Of a stretch of 64,000 bases of DNA, positions 36,186 to 47,944 are shown in pieces. Source of the DNA: Entomortierella parvispora E1425 (taxonomy: Eukaryota; Fungi; Mortierellomycota); NCBI GenBank assembly GCA_020891255.1, contig BQFW01000002.1, positions 2,108,001 through 2,172,000 of the forward strand. The letters are read 5' to 3'. Numbering within the stretch: position 1 is the first letter of the stretch; every line of letters starts with the position of its first letter. The notes under the pieces were generated by a model. That model made no database searches, was not told the DNA's origin, and saw only the letters and a program-made list of their open reading frames with translations. Both the position numbers and the translations under genes were made by a program.

Positions 36186-38977
36186 ATGATGAACCTCAAG
36201 ACCACAGCCTTGCACCTGTCCCGCCAAGGTGTTTCGCGCCAGTTCATCCCCATCTCCAACCCAAAGAATGCCGTCCTATCTCTCACACAGCGTACCGCCC
36301 AAGGAGGAAACGTTTCGGCCGCCAATGCTCCTGCCAACCCCGTTCGCTCCTTTTCATCATCCCAAACTTCGCGTGACAACAACAATAACAACAATGGCAG
36401 CAATAAGAACGGAAGCATATCTGGCGCCCATCAGTTTCAACAACCAAGCGTCTTCACCAGTCATCTGAACCTCAACGGATTCAACTCCAGTAACAGCTCT
36501 GGATTGCCCTTGACTTCAAAGCAGTTCCACAGCCCTTTGGCTTCCAATCTTCATTTCCGCCCTGAGAACAGCGGCAGTAACGGGTCACATCAAACCAAGT
36601 CCAACAACACAAAACATGGACAGCTTTCACAAAATGCCTGGACGGCCTTGCAGGACCAGGATATTAGGGCAGTGTTCTCTTCATTGCAAGAAATGCGACA
36701 CCAGGGCGTCTATGCAGATGCGGCATTGTCTAGCAGGATTGTAGCTCAGTTCCTGGATATGAATTCACCCCACGACGCTGAAAAAGCGTTGTCGATGCTT
36801 GTGGACTGCCATCAAAGTCAAGGGCGCGTTCTTTCTGCGAGCCAAAGAAGCACATATACCTCCCTGGCCAAGGATATTGCCAATCATAGCAGTGACTTTT
36901 CTCAGGCACTCTCCCTTGCCAAATTGCTTGACAGGTAAAGAATAACTTCAGTGATAGCAAAATAAGTGCAAGGATAATCAAGAGTTTTCTAAAGGCAGTA
37001 TCATCTCACACATCCTTTCTTTTTCTCTTTAGACATGGGCTTTCTACACCTGCCGGATTTGCTGATGACGCCCTTCGCTCCTACCGTCAGCTCAAGTCTT
37101 CATCCGGACTTGGTGCTGTCAAATCTGTGCTCAAAGCAGATGACATTGAGACACTGCTGAGCCTCCAATCCTCTTCTACGCAGGCAGCCAGCAGTCGATA
37201 CAAGCATTTGATTGAGATTCTGAGGGATGCAAAGGAAATGAATATTTACCCCTCTCAGGAGTCGTGCTCGCGGATATCTGTCTCCTTCATGAGCCTGGAT
37301 GATTATACTGGTCAGTTAGCTTGGGATACGGCCGTTCAAGAGATTTATCCTGGATACACGGCTACTGTTCCGGAAATCAGGGAAGTAACTAGCGACAAGT
37401 CGAATGTCAACGGCCCCGTTACATCCAACAGCAACTACAACGGCAATAGCAACAGCAACAGCAATACCAGCAACAGCAACTCTCGCCCCAGAAATGGATA
37501 CTCACCTAGCAGACAGCAGCGCGCCCAAAACATTGATCCAGCGTCAGAGGCAATCATCCGCGCATGTCGGTCTGGCTATGCCTCCGTGGCTGTCGAAGCG
37601 GTTCAGAAGATGGCTGCCCAGAACCAAATTCCTTCTGCCCAGGCCATCGCAGACACAATCCAAGTTTGCGCCAAACGAGAGAAGGAGCGCACAACAGACT
37701 ACAGGCAACTCTTCTCTGTGGCTCAAAGATCACTAGAGGCTCTTCAGGATCCTGCCGATCGACGGGCGGCCGAGTATGATGTATACAACGCCATGTTGGT
37801 TGCCAATGCAACCTTGGGCGATATGGCTAGTGCCAAAGAGAACTATGACGCCATTGTTAGACTGGGTCAATTTCCAGATGCGACCGGCTATGCGACATTA
37901 CTGATTGCTACGACAACAGGCGCTGTTGACGAAGCCCTGGATGCCCTCAAGATCCTAGACGAGGTCCGGAGACACAAGATTCGGCCAAATTTGTTCTTTT
38001 ACAATGTTGTCATTGGAAAGCTTTCTCGTGGACGAAAGATTGAGCGAGTTCTGGAGGTTTACGAGGAGATGGTTCAGCAGCACAAGATTCGACCTAACGC
38101 AATCACATACGGCACCCTCATCAGCGCCTGTACTCGTGTTGGGTCTGAAGATATGGCCAAGCGTCTGTTCCAGGAGATGGTATCTTCCCCTAGCTATCAC
38201 GCGCGCCACGGACCTCACAACGCCATGATCCAGTTCTATGTGCGCCAAAAGAAGGACAGGGCAGCGGCACTCCAATACTACGAGGACATGCTGGAGCGTC
38301 GGCTTTTGCCTACAGAGCACACTTTCACTCTCTTGATCGAAGCCTTTGCCTCTATTCAGCCCTACGATCTTGGCGAGGCGAACCGTCTGATCCAGTCTTT
38401 GATGACTCGTAACAGCACCAACGGCGGTCCCTCGGTCAAGGTATCGGAAGCTCACTTCGGTACTCTAATCCATGCCTATGGCGTTGAGCACCGCGACTTG
38501 GCTCAGGCCGAGGCCGTCTTTGATACCATGCTTCGACAGGCCCGCATTGTTCCCAAGGGTCCTGCTTACCAGTCGCTGATTGAATCATATATCACCAACC
38601 ACCAGATTCACCGCGCTGTGAAGGTCCGAGAGGAACTCCTCCAGTCTGGACAACCCTCCACTGCCTACATTGAGAATACCATGATCCGTGGTTTTGGACA
38701 GCAAGGTCAGGTTGTAGAGGCAGAGAAGATCTTTGACAATATGTTGGATTCTTCTTCCTCTCCCTCTTCCTCCTCTCAGATCGTCAAGGAGCCGTCGACC
38801 TACCAAAGCATGGTGTCAGCCTACTTGGAGAACAACATGGTAGACAGGGCCACTGAGACCCTTACAAGGATGAAGGCTCAAGGGTACCCAGACCTGGTGA
38901 TTAGACCTGTTGAGGAAGCCCTTCAGCATCATACATTAACGTCGCAGGTGGGAGAGCTGCAGGTTGCCACTGCTTAG
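36186..38977 (+). CDS. Mitochondrial pentatricopeptide-repeat (PPR) protein
   Basis: Presequence-like N-terminus (MMNLKTTALHLSRQGVSRQF). Intron 36935-37032. Tandem 35-aa PPR motifs (PNLFFYNVVIGKLSRGRK, PNAITYGTLISACTRVG, PTEHTFTLLIEAFA, AYQSLIESY, TYQSMVSAY). Confidence 0.92.
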
Positions 38978-39176
38978 TAAAGAGACTACTATATTTATAA
39001 TATGATTGTGCCCTTCAAATAAAAACACACTGCATCCAACTAAAATAACAAGTCTCCATACAGCATCGGTAAGTGCAACAAAAAATCCAAGGACCAAAGT
39101 AACTAATTTATTCTCGCGTCTTTATCATTTCGGGGAGTTTAGCTGTACCGGTAGCTAATATGCCCCCTTGCATCAC

Positions 39177-40110
39177 TTAGTAGGGAGGGGGGTTTGCAGC
39201 ATTGCTGTCCTTCTTGTCCACAGGACCAGGTACGACATACTGAGTGGTATGGGTAGTGTAGGTGGTGCGTACTGGTCCGGATTGAATGGTCGTGGTGTAG
39301 GTGTGTTGGTTGCTATTCTGGTGCTGCGACAATGGCTGCTGGCCGGCCTGAGGGTAATGATGAATGGTGTTGGCCGATTGAGGAGGTGTGGAGGCCACGG
39401 CGACGTAGGTTCGGCGTCCACTCCCCGGGTGCTGGTGACCATCACGAACAACGCGTCCGTGAGGGCGAGGGTCCTCTCGATTTGTGTAGATGACCCACCA
39501 GGCATAGACAATGCCAGGAACGTGTCCGAGGAGGGTCAACAGAAGACTGCAGCGTAAAGACAAATTGAAATTAGGCGGCGTGCAGAAAGACCGATTACCC
39601 AATGCCAAAAGAAAAGAAAAAACGGTTGTGAAAGGTGACACAAAAGAGTGGAGCCAAACAACAACGATGGCCAAGGAAAACATAAGAAAACACATGAACA
39701 CACACAATACACAACCACACATGAGCGTGAGACTGGAAGGCTAGAACACGCCGAAAGGCACTTCCTCTCGAAAACGAGACCTTGCTTACCTGATAAGAAA
39801 GTCGCATCCGCATCCTTGCTTGAAAAGAACTGAGGGAATGGACATGGAAGAAAATAGTAAGAGATGTCAGGGAGAGTCCCACAACATGACCTCTATATCA
39901 CGATTTTCATGCGGAAATACACCTACCGGCCTGCAAAGACAAAAAAAAGTTAGTCGACGTTGTTGGGAGAAAAGAAAGAAAGAAAACCCCGTTTTAACAA
40001 CATAACAGCGTGCGAAACTTGACTTAAAGCAGAGAGCGATGCATTACCAGTGGAGGGAGGAAGAATCCAATGACAAACAAGACAATGTCGGAGCCAGTGA
40101 AGTAAACCAT
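39177..40110 (-). CDS. PMP3: Pmp3/UPF0057 (YqaE) family small membrane protein with an extended tail, 158 aa
   Basis: Exons 40110-40048, 39930-39927 (4 nt), 39829-39790 and 39546-39177 give MVYFTGSDIVLFVIGFFLPPL-AV-LFKQGCGCDFLIS-LLLTLLGHVPGIVYAWWVIY..., the complete Pmp3 signature. Confidence 0.9.
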
Positions 40111-40268
40111 TGCAGTGTCTGGTAGATGAGGATTGGTTTGAAAGGAGGGAGGGAGAAGGGCGAAGAAGAGAATGGGCAAAAAGGGAAGAAAGGCGAAAAT
40201 ACAGGAATGAAAAGCAATGAAAAAGTAGATCACGTGAACACGCCACGCGTACCGTTTCTGGCGCGTCT

Positions 40269-42181
40269 TTATTTGCTATCAAACTGGTCATTGGAGTCTT
40301 TCACCTCGCCGTCGGTGCCATTCTGTGCTACATCATTCGCGTCCGCCTCCAAGATCCCATAAGAGATCTTGACACCCTCCAAGGAAATCCCCATTGCTTT
40401 CAAGTTATCCAATAGTCGATCAAAGTGCCTCTGACCAGGGCGGTAGTGGCCCGACTTTGGGTTGATCTTGATCAGTCGACCATTATTGACGACAATTCCT
40501 CCTGCAGCGCAAACAGTGCCTCCTCCTAGGAAGCTTGAGTGATGGAACTTCCCCTTCACCTTCTGGGCCACGTAAAGGGTTCCCAAGGGGTCAGTAACGT
40601 AGATAAACTTGGATTTGTTACGAATCTTCTTCTTCTCGAGACGTGTGGCTTCGTCATCACCCTCCTCCGCATCTGGTAAGATTTGCGAGACATCCACTTG
40701 ATCTCCAACTTGGACAGTAGTAGGTAAAGTGTGCACAAGTTTGCCCGACACTTTGTAGAATAAGAGGCCGTCAATGACATGGACTGCATAGTGGATACGT
40801 TCATGATCCTGAAGGTATTGGACTCGTTGCTCATCCAAGCGATCCCGAGGTCGCTCTTCCAAATCCACATTTCGGCCTTCGCCTTTATCAAGCCAAAAGA
40901 AAAAGTTCTGCGAGGTCCCTTGCTGTAGCCAACACTCATGATATGGCTAAAAGGGGGAGGGGGATGTTTTAGTAAAACGAAAGATTACCTCTCTTTGGGG
41001 CTTGTATCTTCTGCATACCTTCAAGTTGGAGCCATATCGGTGTTTCTTGTCCGACATTTCAAGCCAATGCTCAGTGAGCTGATAGGATGAACAGAGATTA
41101 TGTTAAAAGGGTTGGATTCGTGTCCGAAGTCACCAATTGACAGTCATTTCTCCTACCAATACGAGGGCTTCCTCAGTCGAAACGCTGTTGCTTCCCTAAT
41201 GAGTATTAAAGGACATTAGCATGAAAAATGGCCAGATATGCCGGGTTGTTCTTAATTTGACATACAGAAACGCTGTCGTTTTGCGCATTCACTGGTGGCG
41301 TCTCTTTAAGATCAATAATCCCACTTAGCATAGAAAAAGATGAGTAGCTGTTACAAGAGAAATATGGGAGAGGGGTTCAAATTTACTTTTCCGAGTCGCG
41401 ATCCAAGAAACTCTGCTCTTCGCCATGCCCAGCGTGTCTTATTTTCATTGGGCGTTTGTGGTGATGAGGGCTGCTGTTGATTCGGATCCTCGGCAGCCAA
41501 GGGTGATGAGGACTGATTGGCTCCACTTGTGGCATCCATCTTGTGAATATACTCAATGCGAGAATAATCTATCAGATGTCTCCATTTCTAGGGGGGGGGG
41601 GGAATGCACCGATTAGTTAGTGAACAGGAGTGTGACGATATTCAAAGTGATGGGTGTTCCCTAGCTCCATTCGTAATTCTATCATAGGTCTTCTGGGTCA
41701 AGTCATCTGTATGATCATTGATGCAGACCGCCACTGCCATCCTGACGATTGCAGACCAGAGGTTTCTGAGCAATCGATCAAATATTAGATTGTTACCTGT
41801 GATGCTGTCAATGCAGGTCCATAAAGCTCGCGACGCGCTCTAGAGGGATAGAAACGAAAGACAAAATCAGTCTATCTCCGTTTTGTATTTTTTTTAGCCT
41901 GGGCTCAGGCAGTCAACTCACTGGTAACCTCGGTACACGGATTGAATTCGAGTAGCGGCCAATTCAAGGCGCTCTTGTTCGTCTTTGTTGAAAGAATCAT
42001 TGGAGTAATCCTTGCTCAAGTCTGGATCCGAGTGGGATTTATTTGCAGTTTTGGGCGTTGGGGTATCCAACTCGACAGTGGCCATATCTTTGCTGAGGAA
42101 GACGGTGTCGAGATGCTGAGAGATGGCATCTGACGATGCAGCTCCTGAAGAGGAGGAGGGATGCTGGCCAACGGAGATCAT
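40269..42181 (-). CDS. IQ calmodulin-binding motif protein of the plant IQM1-like family
   Basis: IQ motif LAATRIQSVYRGYQ|ARRE, then LTEHWLEMSDKKHRYGSNLK, NFFFWLDKGEGRNVDL, VQYL...ERIHY and KFHHSSFLGGGTVCAAG...KSGHYRP. Multi-exon; the internal exons around 41350-41760 are not fully resolved. Confidence 0.88.
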
Positions 42182-42551
42182 TCTTCGTATTTCTTCGTGA
42201 CTGAAAGAGGGAGGACAAAACAAAGGGGATAAATGAAGGAATGAACAGAAAGAAGGAAAGAAAGAAAGAGAGAAGAGAGAATGCAGGGTTGAATGAAAAG
42301 GCACACAAACGCATGCATGGAGACATAGCACACGGTCTGAAAAACAGAAGGCGGTCCAGCGCTTCAGCCCAGCCCATTTTAGACGTATGCCTGGCGTTTC
42401 ACACACCAGCTCCATCGGCAAAGTTGGCAGAGGCAAAAAATAGACCAAAAACAAGTGCGGGCTCTGCTCTGATGGGAGGTCAGCTCGGGAAGAGAGTGGA
42501 AAAACCACCACTGGTGTGAACCGGGGATTACAAGCAAAGCAAAAGCAAAAG

Positions 42552-42625
42552 TGTTTGTACTCGGACTTGAACCGAGGACCGTCTGTGTGTTAGACAGACG
42601 TGATAACCAACTACACCATACAAAC
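42552..42625 (-). tRNA. tRNA-Val (anticodon AAC), no intron
   Basis: Reverse complement is GTTTGTATGGTGTAGTTGGTTATCACGTCTGTCTAACACACAGACGGTCCTCGGTTCAAGTCCGAGTACAAACA. It has a 7-bp acceptor stem, an A box, anticodon arm TCTGT-CTAACAC-ACAGA, T-loop TTCAAGT and T-runs immediately downstream. Confidence 0.97.
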
Positions 42626-42682
42626 AGCTGATCGATATTTAGTCTTTCAATATTACTTATATGTACTTTGCAAACTCAGACA

Positions 42683-42724
42683 AATCACGTGATTAGATCC
42701 ATTGACCTTTGTATGTCACGTGAC
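42683..42724. promoter_or_regulatory. Twin E-box palindromes AATCACGTGATT and GTCACGTGAC
   Basis: Located at 42683-42694 and 42715-42724, between the tRNA 5' end and the mL50 stop. Confidence 0.55.
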
Positions 42725-42787
42725 TGATCTTGTGGGGCAATGGTTGCATTCATTACGATATTTATTGGTTTGTAACGGCCCATTTCA

Positions 42788-43620
42788 TTACAAGAACCGT
42801 TTGTTTGTGCTTTTACGATCTTCAGCCTTAATACCCTTTGACTTCTGGTAGGGAATAAAGACCATGTTGGCAGGCAATGACGATTTGTTCTTCATAAACC
42901 ACTCTGCAACGACATGTCCTTTTGGGTTGTCCGATGCACCCTCAAGATTCTGATCCAATGATTGGAATACGTTGACTACATCCTGGAGAGTTTTGATAGA
43001 AGCAATCTCCTTGTTGGGAATCTCGCGGCCAGTTGAAGCAACACACGCCTTCAAAACCTGTTGTGGCGGTGGAGAGGGAGTCCTAAAGTCAGTCGCAGCA
43101 CGGGTTATATAACAGTTGCGAGAGCACTTGGCATACCTGGAATTTAACGGTAGGATCATTCAGCTGCACTTTGGAGAGGTGAATGTTAGCAGTATCGACC
43201 AGGGACGAGGCGGCAGATCGGACGGACTCTTGGAGTTCAATTACGGATAACACCTTTCGCTCACTCTTCCAACTATATTGCAGCATAGGAGTGATTGGTT
43301 AGCCTTAGGAAGTTCAAGTCCATCAAGACCTAAATGAGGAGAAGATCCCAAAATGCGCACCTTGGGATGGGAGCCTCTTCCTCGGCGATCTCGACATTCA
43401 GCTCAGCGGCAGTTTTTGCATCTTGTGCAACGGAAGACTGTTCTGCTGCTGATGTTGGTTTGGCAAAAGGATTCAACCTTGAAAGAAATCCACGTTTTTC
43501 CTCTGCAAAGAAGGCGGTAGAGGTATGGATGGAGGCAATGGCACGGGTCCGGATGGGAGCAACAGAGGCTCTGGAGGATGCACGGAGAACAGCGGTTAGA
43601 GCAGGGCGTGTGTGCTGCAT
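42788..43620 (-). CDS. mL50: Mitochondrial large-subunit ribosomal protein mL50
   Basis: Presequence MQHTRPALTAVLRASSRAS, then LNDPTVKFQ|VLKACVASTGREIPNKEIASIKTLQDVVNVF and LPANM. Two GT-AG introns. Confidence 0.8.
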
Positions 43621-43909
43621 GGTGAATGAACTATGGAATGAGCAGAGGGTTGTGGCCTTCCGGACTCATATAAGGCCACCGGTGGCACCATGACTGCTTC
43701 CCGAGCATCGGGAAAACAAATATGTGAGCTAAGCCACAATTTCTTTTTTTTGAGCTTTGCACGCCTTCGTTTGCTTACAACGACCAGAGCATTGTCGACA
43801 ACATCGTTTGTCATTCCCTTCTCTCTCGCCCATTCGTCTTCATCTTCTCGGCCACCTGGAAGAAAAGTCATCACTTGTATCCATTCTTAGGAAACAATTA
43901 AAATTAAAT

Positions 43910-46274
43910 ATGGCTGTGTTGAAACGACCCCGTACAGAATCTAAGGCCGACCCCACGGTATGCATTTGTTATCGTACTTTATTTGTCTAGATATGCAATG
44001 CATTCAGCTGACAAACTTTGCTATGTTCGATCATAGGCCAAGATCATTAAGGATTCGGTTGATCAGATTCGTCAGTTAGAGCGCCAGGTCGCAGAGAGTA
44101 AGACCCATCTTAATAACATTGTGACCCTGATTCAATTCTGCGAGGTAATTTGGAGACGATTCCAAGGCGTACTGTGGCAATGTTTGTTTTGGGTGGTTTG
44201 TCTTACTAAATAGCGATTTATACCATGATCTTAGCATGAGTCTCCTAAAGTTGTTCATGCTGCCATGCATGCCCTTTTCCGTGTGTTCTCCCCCATGCTG
44301 TCAAAGGGCGAGCTTCAAAAACCCAAGAAGGCTGCAGCCGATGATAAGAAAGCAACCGTGACTTTATGGCTCAGAGACAACTACGTCAAGTTTCTGAATA
44401 AGACTTGCGATGCCCTTAATCTCCCGGAAGCAGGACTTCAGATCCCTGCCCTCAAGATCGTCCTGGACCTGCTTAAACTGGAATCGGCTGCCATCGGAGT
44501 ACATTCAGGAGGACACCATTTCGCTAACGATCTTTACTTCAGAGTTGTTGACGCCCTTCTGAACTGTTCCCACATGAGCCAACCTTTGCTTAATGAGTTC
44601 ACGCAAAAGTATTTTGGATACTATGACGACCTTCGCTTTTACTTTTTGAAGAATGCGGCTACTATCATCAACACTGCTTTGGGTTCTCATCAGAAAAAAG
44701 ACAGCAAGATGCCCCAGAATAAGGTACACTTTTCGAACTGCTTGACCTAATGAAATTGAGCCTTCGACTTTGCTAATTCAACATTTTTCATCGTTTTTAG
44801 AAACAAAAGCTGTCAAAACCCGCCCCATCTGCAAAGTTGGCCCTTTTGCTGGAGAATTCTTACGCTATCATGGAGACTTTGAAGACAATGCCTACAGAGG
44901 CAAAGGAGATTGACGAGTTTTGGACAGGCAATCCCGATCCTAGTAATCAACATGAAAATTTGGAGAATTGCGCGAGGAAGTCAAAATATGGCCCATCTTA
45001 ACTCGTATTGTTGTTATATCAAATTAGGTGGCGAGAAAAAGGATTATATTGGAGATAGCCTTGGATTCTCGGATGACGAGGAGGATGAATTAGTAGAGGA
45101 TTTGACCAAAGACGCATCAGCGACTCATGTCAAGCGTCATCCTTTACTCACCTTGCTCAACCACAAACGTGTATTCTCGGATTGCTGGATTGCTATTCTG
45201 AGACTCCCATTCACGCCCATCATTTACAAGAAAACGCTATTGATTGTTCACAAGCGCATCATCCCTCATCTGCCACAACCCACAGTTCTCATGGACTTCT
45301 TGACTGACTCTTATAATGCAGGCGGAGCTATTAGCTTACTTGCCTTGAAGGGCCTGTTCATTCTCATTACTGAGCACAACCTGTGAGTTTGACTTGACGA
45401 GCTGACGAGCTGTGGATTACTAAGATGTCCTTAGACAGCAATTGACCCCTTCTCGCTTTGATATCAATAGTGATTACCCCGATTTTTTCAAAAAGCTTTA
45501 TGTGCTTTTCGACAGAAATTTGATGCACGTTAAGTACCGCGCGCGGTTTTTCAGCCAAGTCGACATCTTTTTATCGTCGCCGTAAGTGCAGTATGGGTTG
45601 TTCTCGATCAACGCTATCGAAATAGATATTATTGCTCATTATTCCACATGTCATGTCTGCGATATTCCCACCTAGCTTGTTGCCCGCTCAACTGGTCGCA
45701 GCCTTTATCAAGAGAATGGCTCGTCTCGGACTTTCCAGTCCACCTGCCTCTATTGTCATTATTATTCCGTTTATCTATAACCTGTTGAAGCGTCACCCAA
45801 CATGCATGCAGCTCATTCATGGAAAGGCGGACGGAGACATGAATGACACGTACGACCATTCTGAAGAGGATCCTATGAAATGTAACGCGCTCAACAGCTC
45901 TCTTTGGGAACTCCAGGTAAGAAAGGAAACAGGGAATAAATTGACAGAGTTATGTGAACGCAAGCCAGATGCGGATTCCTTATCATTTTTTTTATTCTAT
46001 CGAAACATAGACTCTTCAAAACCATTTTGCTCCAAACGTTTCTACTTTGGCCAAGATCTTTAACGAACAGTTTACCAAACCTTCGTATAACCTTGAGGAC
46101 TTCTTGGATCATACATATGCCACCATGTTCCAAAACGAAGTCTCCAAGAAACGCAAAGGAGAGGCAGCCCTGGCGGTTGAGGCGCCAAAGGGCCTATTTG
46201 TGGCCAATGTGGAGGCAACCGCAGACGAGGATGACAATGAGAGCGTTGTCCCTGGATGGGAGTCGTGGTTCTGA
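43910..46274 (+). CDS. NOC4: Nucleolar complex protein 4 (CBF/Mak21 family)
   Basis: YFGYYDDLRFYF, HKRVFSDCWIAIL, IIPHLPQPTVLMDFLTDSYNAGGAISLLALKGLFILITEHNL|DYPDFFKKLY, LVAAFIKRMARLGL, SSLWEL and LEDFLDHTY. Confidence 0.95.
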
Positions 46275-46469
46275 ACAATAAAGTGATGGTTGGAGCTTTG
46301 GAAAAAAAAAAAAAAGGACTGCTGTCGGTTTTCCTGGGTGGCTTTGTGTTTACTAAAAAAAAAAAAAAAAAAGAAAAGAAAAGGACGAAGCATCACAGGC
46401 TCTGCATGAAAACCGTTCTCCATTCACCATCATCATCGTCTCCTCCTCACCACATCCTCATACTTTATA

Positions 46470-47868
46470 ATGCCACCCAAGACAAGAGGTATTTGGCAGC
46501 AGCTAAAGTCATCTCTAATTGTGTCTCCACTCTATTTTGAGAGAGAAGCATTGACGATTCAGATTTTTGCGAGGCTTCAATATCTTGACCTACACCACAG
46601 GGGTCCTCAGCTTGTTATAATCACCCTGTTCCCAACTAATATGCAACCTTCCCCCAATGTAATTAGCATCTACTGAAAAGTCTACTAGCAAGACTGCTGC
46701 GTCTGCTCCTGCTCCCAAAACGACAGCGGCCAAGCGTAAGGCTGCTACCCCTGCTGCTAAGGAGACCCCTGCTAAAAAAGTCGCTGTCGCTGCCAAGAAG
46801 GAAACAAAGACTGCTGCTCCTAAAAAGACCGCCTCTGAGAAGAGTCCAGTAGAGAAGAAGACCACAGGAAAGGCTGGTGAGAAGAAGGTGGCCGAGAAGA
46901 AGGCCGAGGCAACAAAGCCTGCGGAGAAGAAGGTCGTTGAGAAGAAGGTCGTTGAGAAGAAGGTCATTGAGAAAAAGACTCCAACTAAGAAGGCTGCCCC
47001 CGCACCCGCAAAGGCCCAAAAGGCAAAGGCTGCCGTTGAGCAGCCTCAGAGTGAGGAGGAAAACTCGGTCGAAGATGAGCAATTGATGGACGACAAGGCT
47101 CTCTTGAAGGACATTGATTCCAGTGCCGACGAGGACAGCTCTGATGATGAAGATGAAGAAGATAGTGCCGCCATGAAGGAGGATACTTTCGCCAGCATGA
47201 AGGACGAGATTTCATTAAACCCCAAAGCCTCTGCAACTCTCAGGAAAAAGTTGGGCGCACTCGGACAGCCTAAGGTAAGGAGTTTCCCCAAGGATTTATC
47301 ATGACCTTTTTATCAACAATCAGGACGCTAGTTAACAATAACGTATTACTTGAAAACGACTCTAATTATCTAGGACAAGAATACTACAGGTGTTGTGTAC
47401 TTGGGTCGCATCCCCCATGGATTTTACGAAGATCAAATGCAAGCCTACTTCTCTCAGTTTGGAAAGGTTCTTCGACTCCGCTTGTCAAGAAACAAGAAGA
47501 CAGGAAAGTCTAAGCATTATGCTTTCATTGAGTTTGCTTCGCAGGAAGTCGCCGACATTGTTGCCGACACCATGAACAACTATTTGTTGTTTGGACATCA
47601 ACTGAAGTGCAAGGCTCTCCAGACTTCGCAAATCCACCCTGCCATGTTTGTTGGTGCCAACAAGAAGTTCAAGGATATCCCCTGGCAGAAGATCTCCAAA
47701 GAGAAGCACAATGCTGAAAAGTCGGTCGGACAGATCAAGGTTGTGCAGAAGAAGTTGCTGAAGAACGAGTCTGCCAAGAGAGCCAAGCTCGCAGAGCTCG
47801 GAATCGACTATGAGTTCCCCGGATACAAGGCCGCGGTGCCAGAGAAGCCCAAGCATACCAAGTTTTAG
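46470..47868 (+). CDS. NOP15: Nucleolar RRM protein Nop15/NIFK with a long Lys/Ala-rich N-terminus, ~373 aa
   Basis: Exons 46470-46488, 46667-47274 and 47374-47868 are in frame. The RRM reads GVVYLGRIPHGFYEDQMQAYFSQFG...LSRNKKTGKSKHYAFIEF...TMNNYLLFGHQL, followed by GIDYEFPG. Confidence 0.95.
46924..46977 (+). repeat. 15-bp coding tandem repeat (EKKVV)x3
   Basis: gagaagaaggtcgtt x2, then gagaagaaggtcatt and a partial copy. Confidence 0.9.
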
Positions 47869-47944
47869 AAATTACTTTCAATCAGCCGCTTTGCACTGCA
47901 AGCTCAAATACACACTCTCTTTGCATACTACCTCCACTCTTTTA

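Noticed and set aside
39987-40009. AVMLLKRG peptide in Pmp3 intron 1, resembling the missing family segment
   Set aside because: No AG acceptor puts it in frame and the implied intron would be about 20-40 nt. The 4-nt microexon explains the gene fully.
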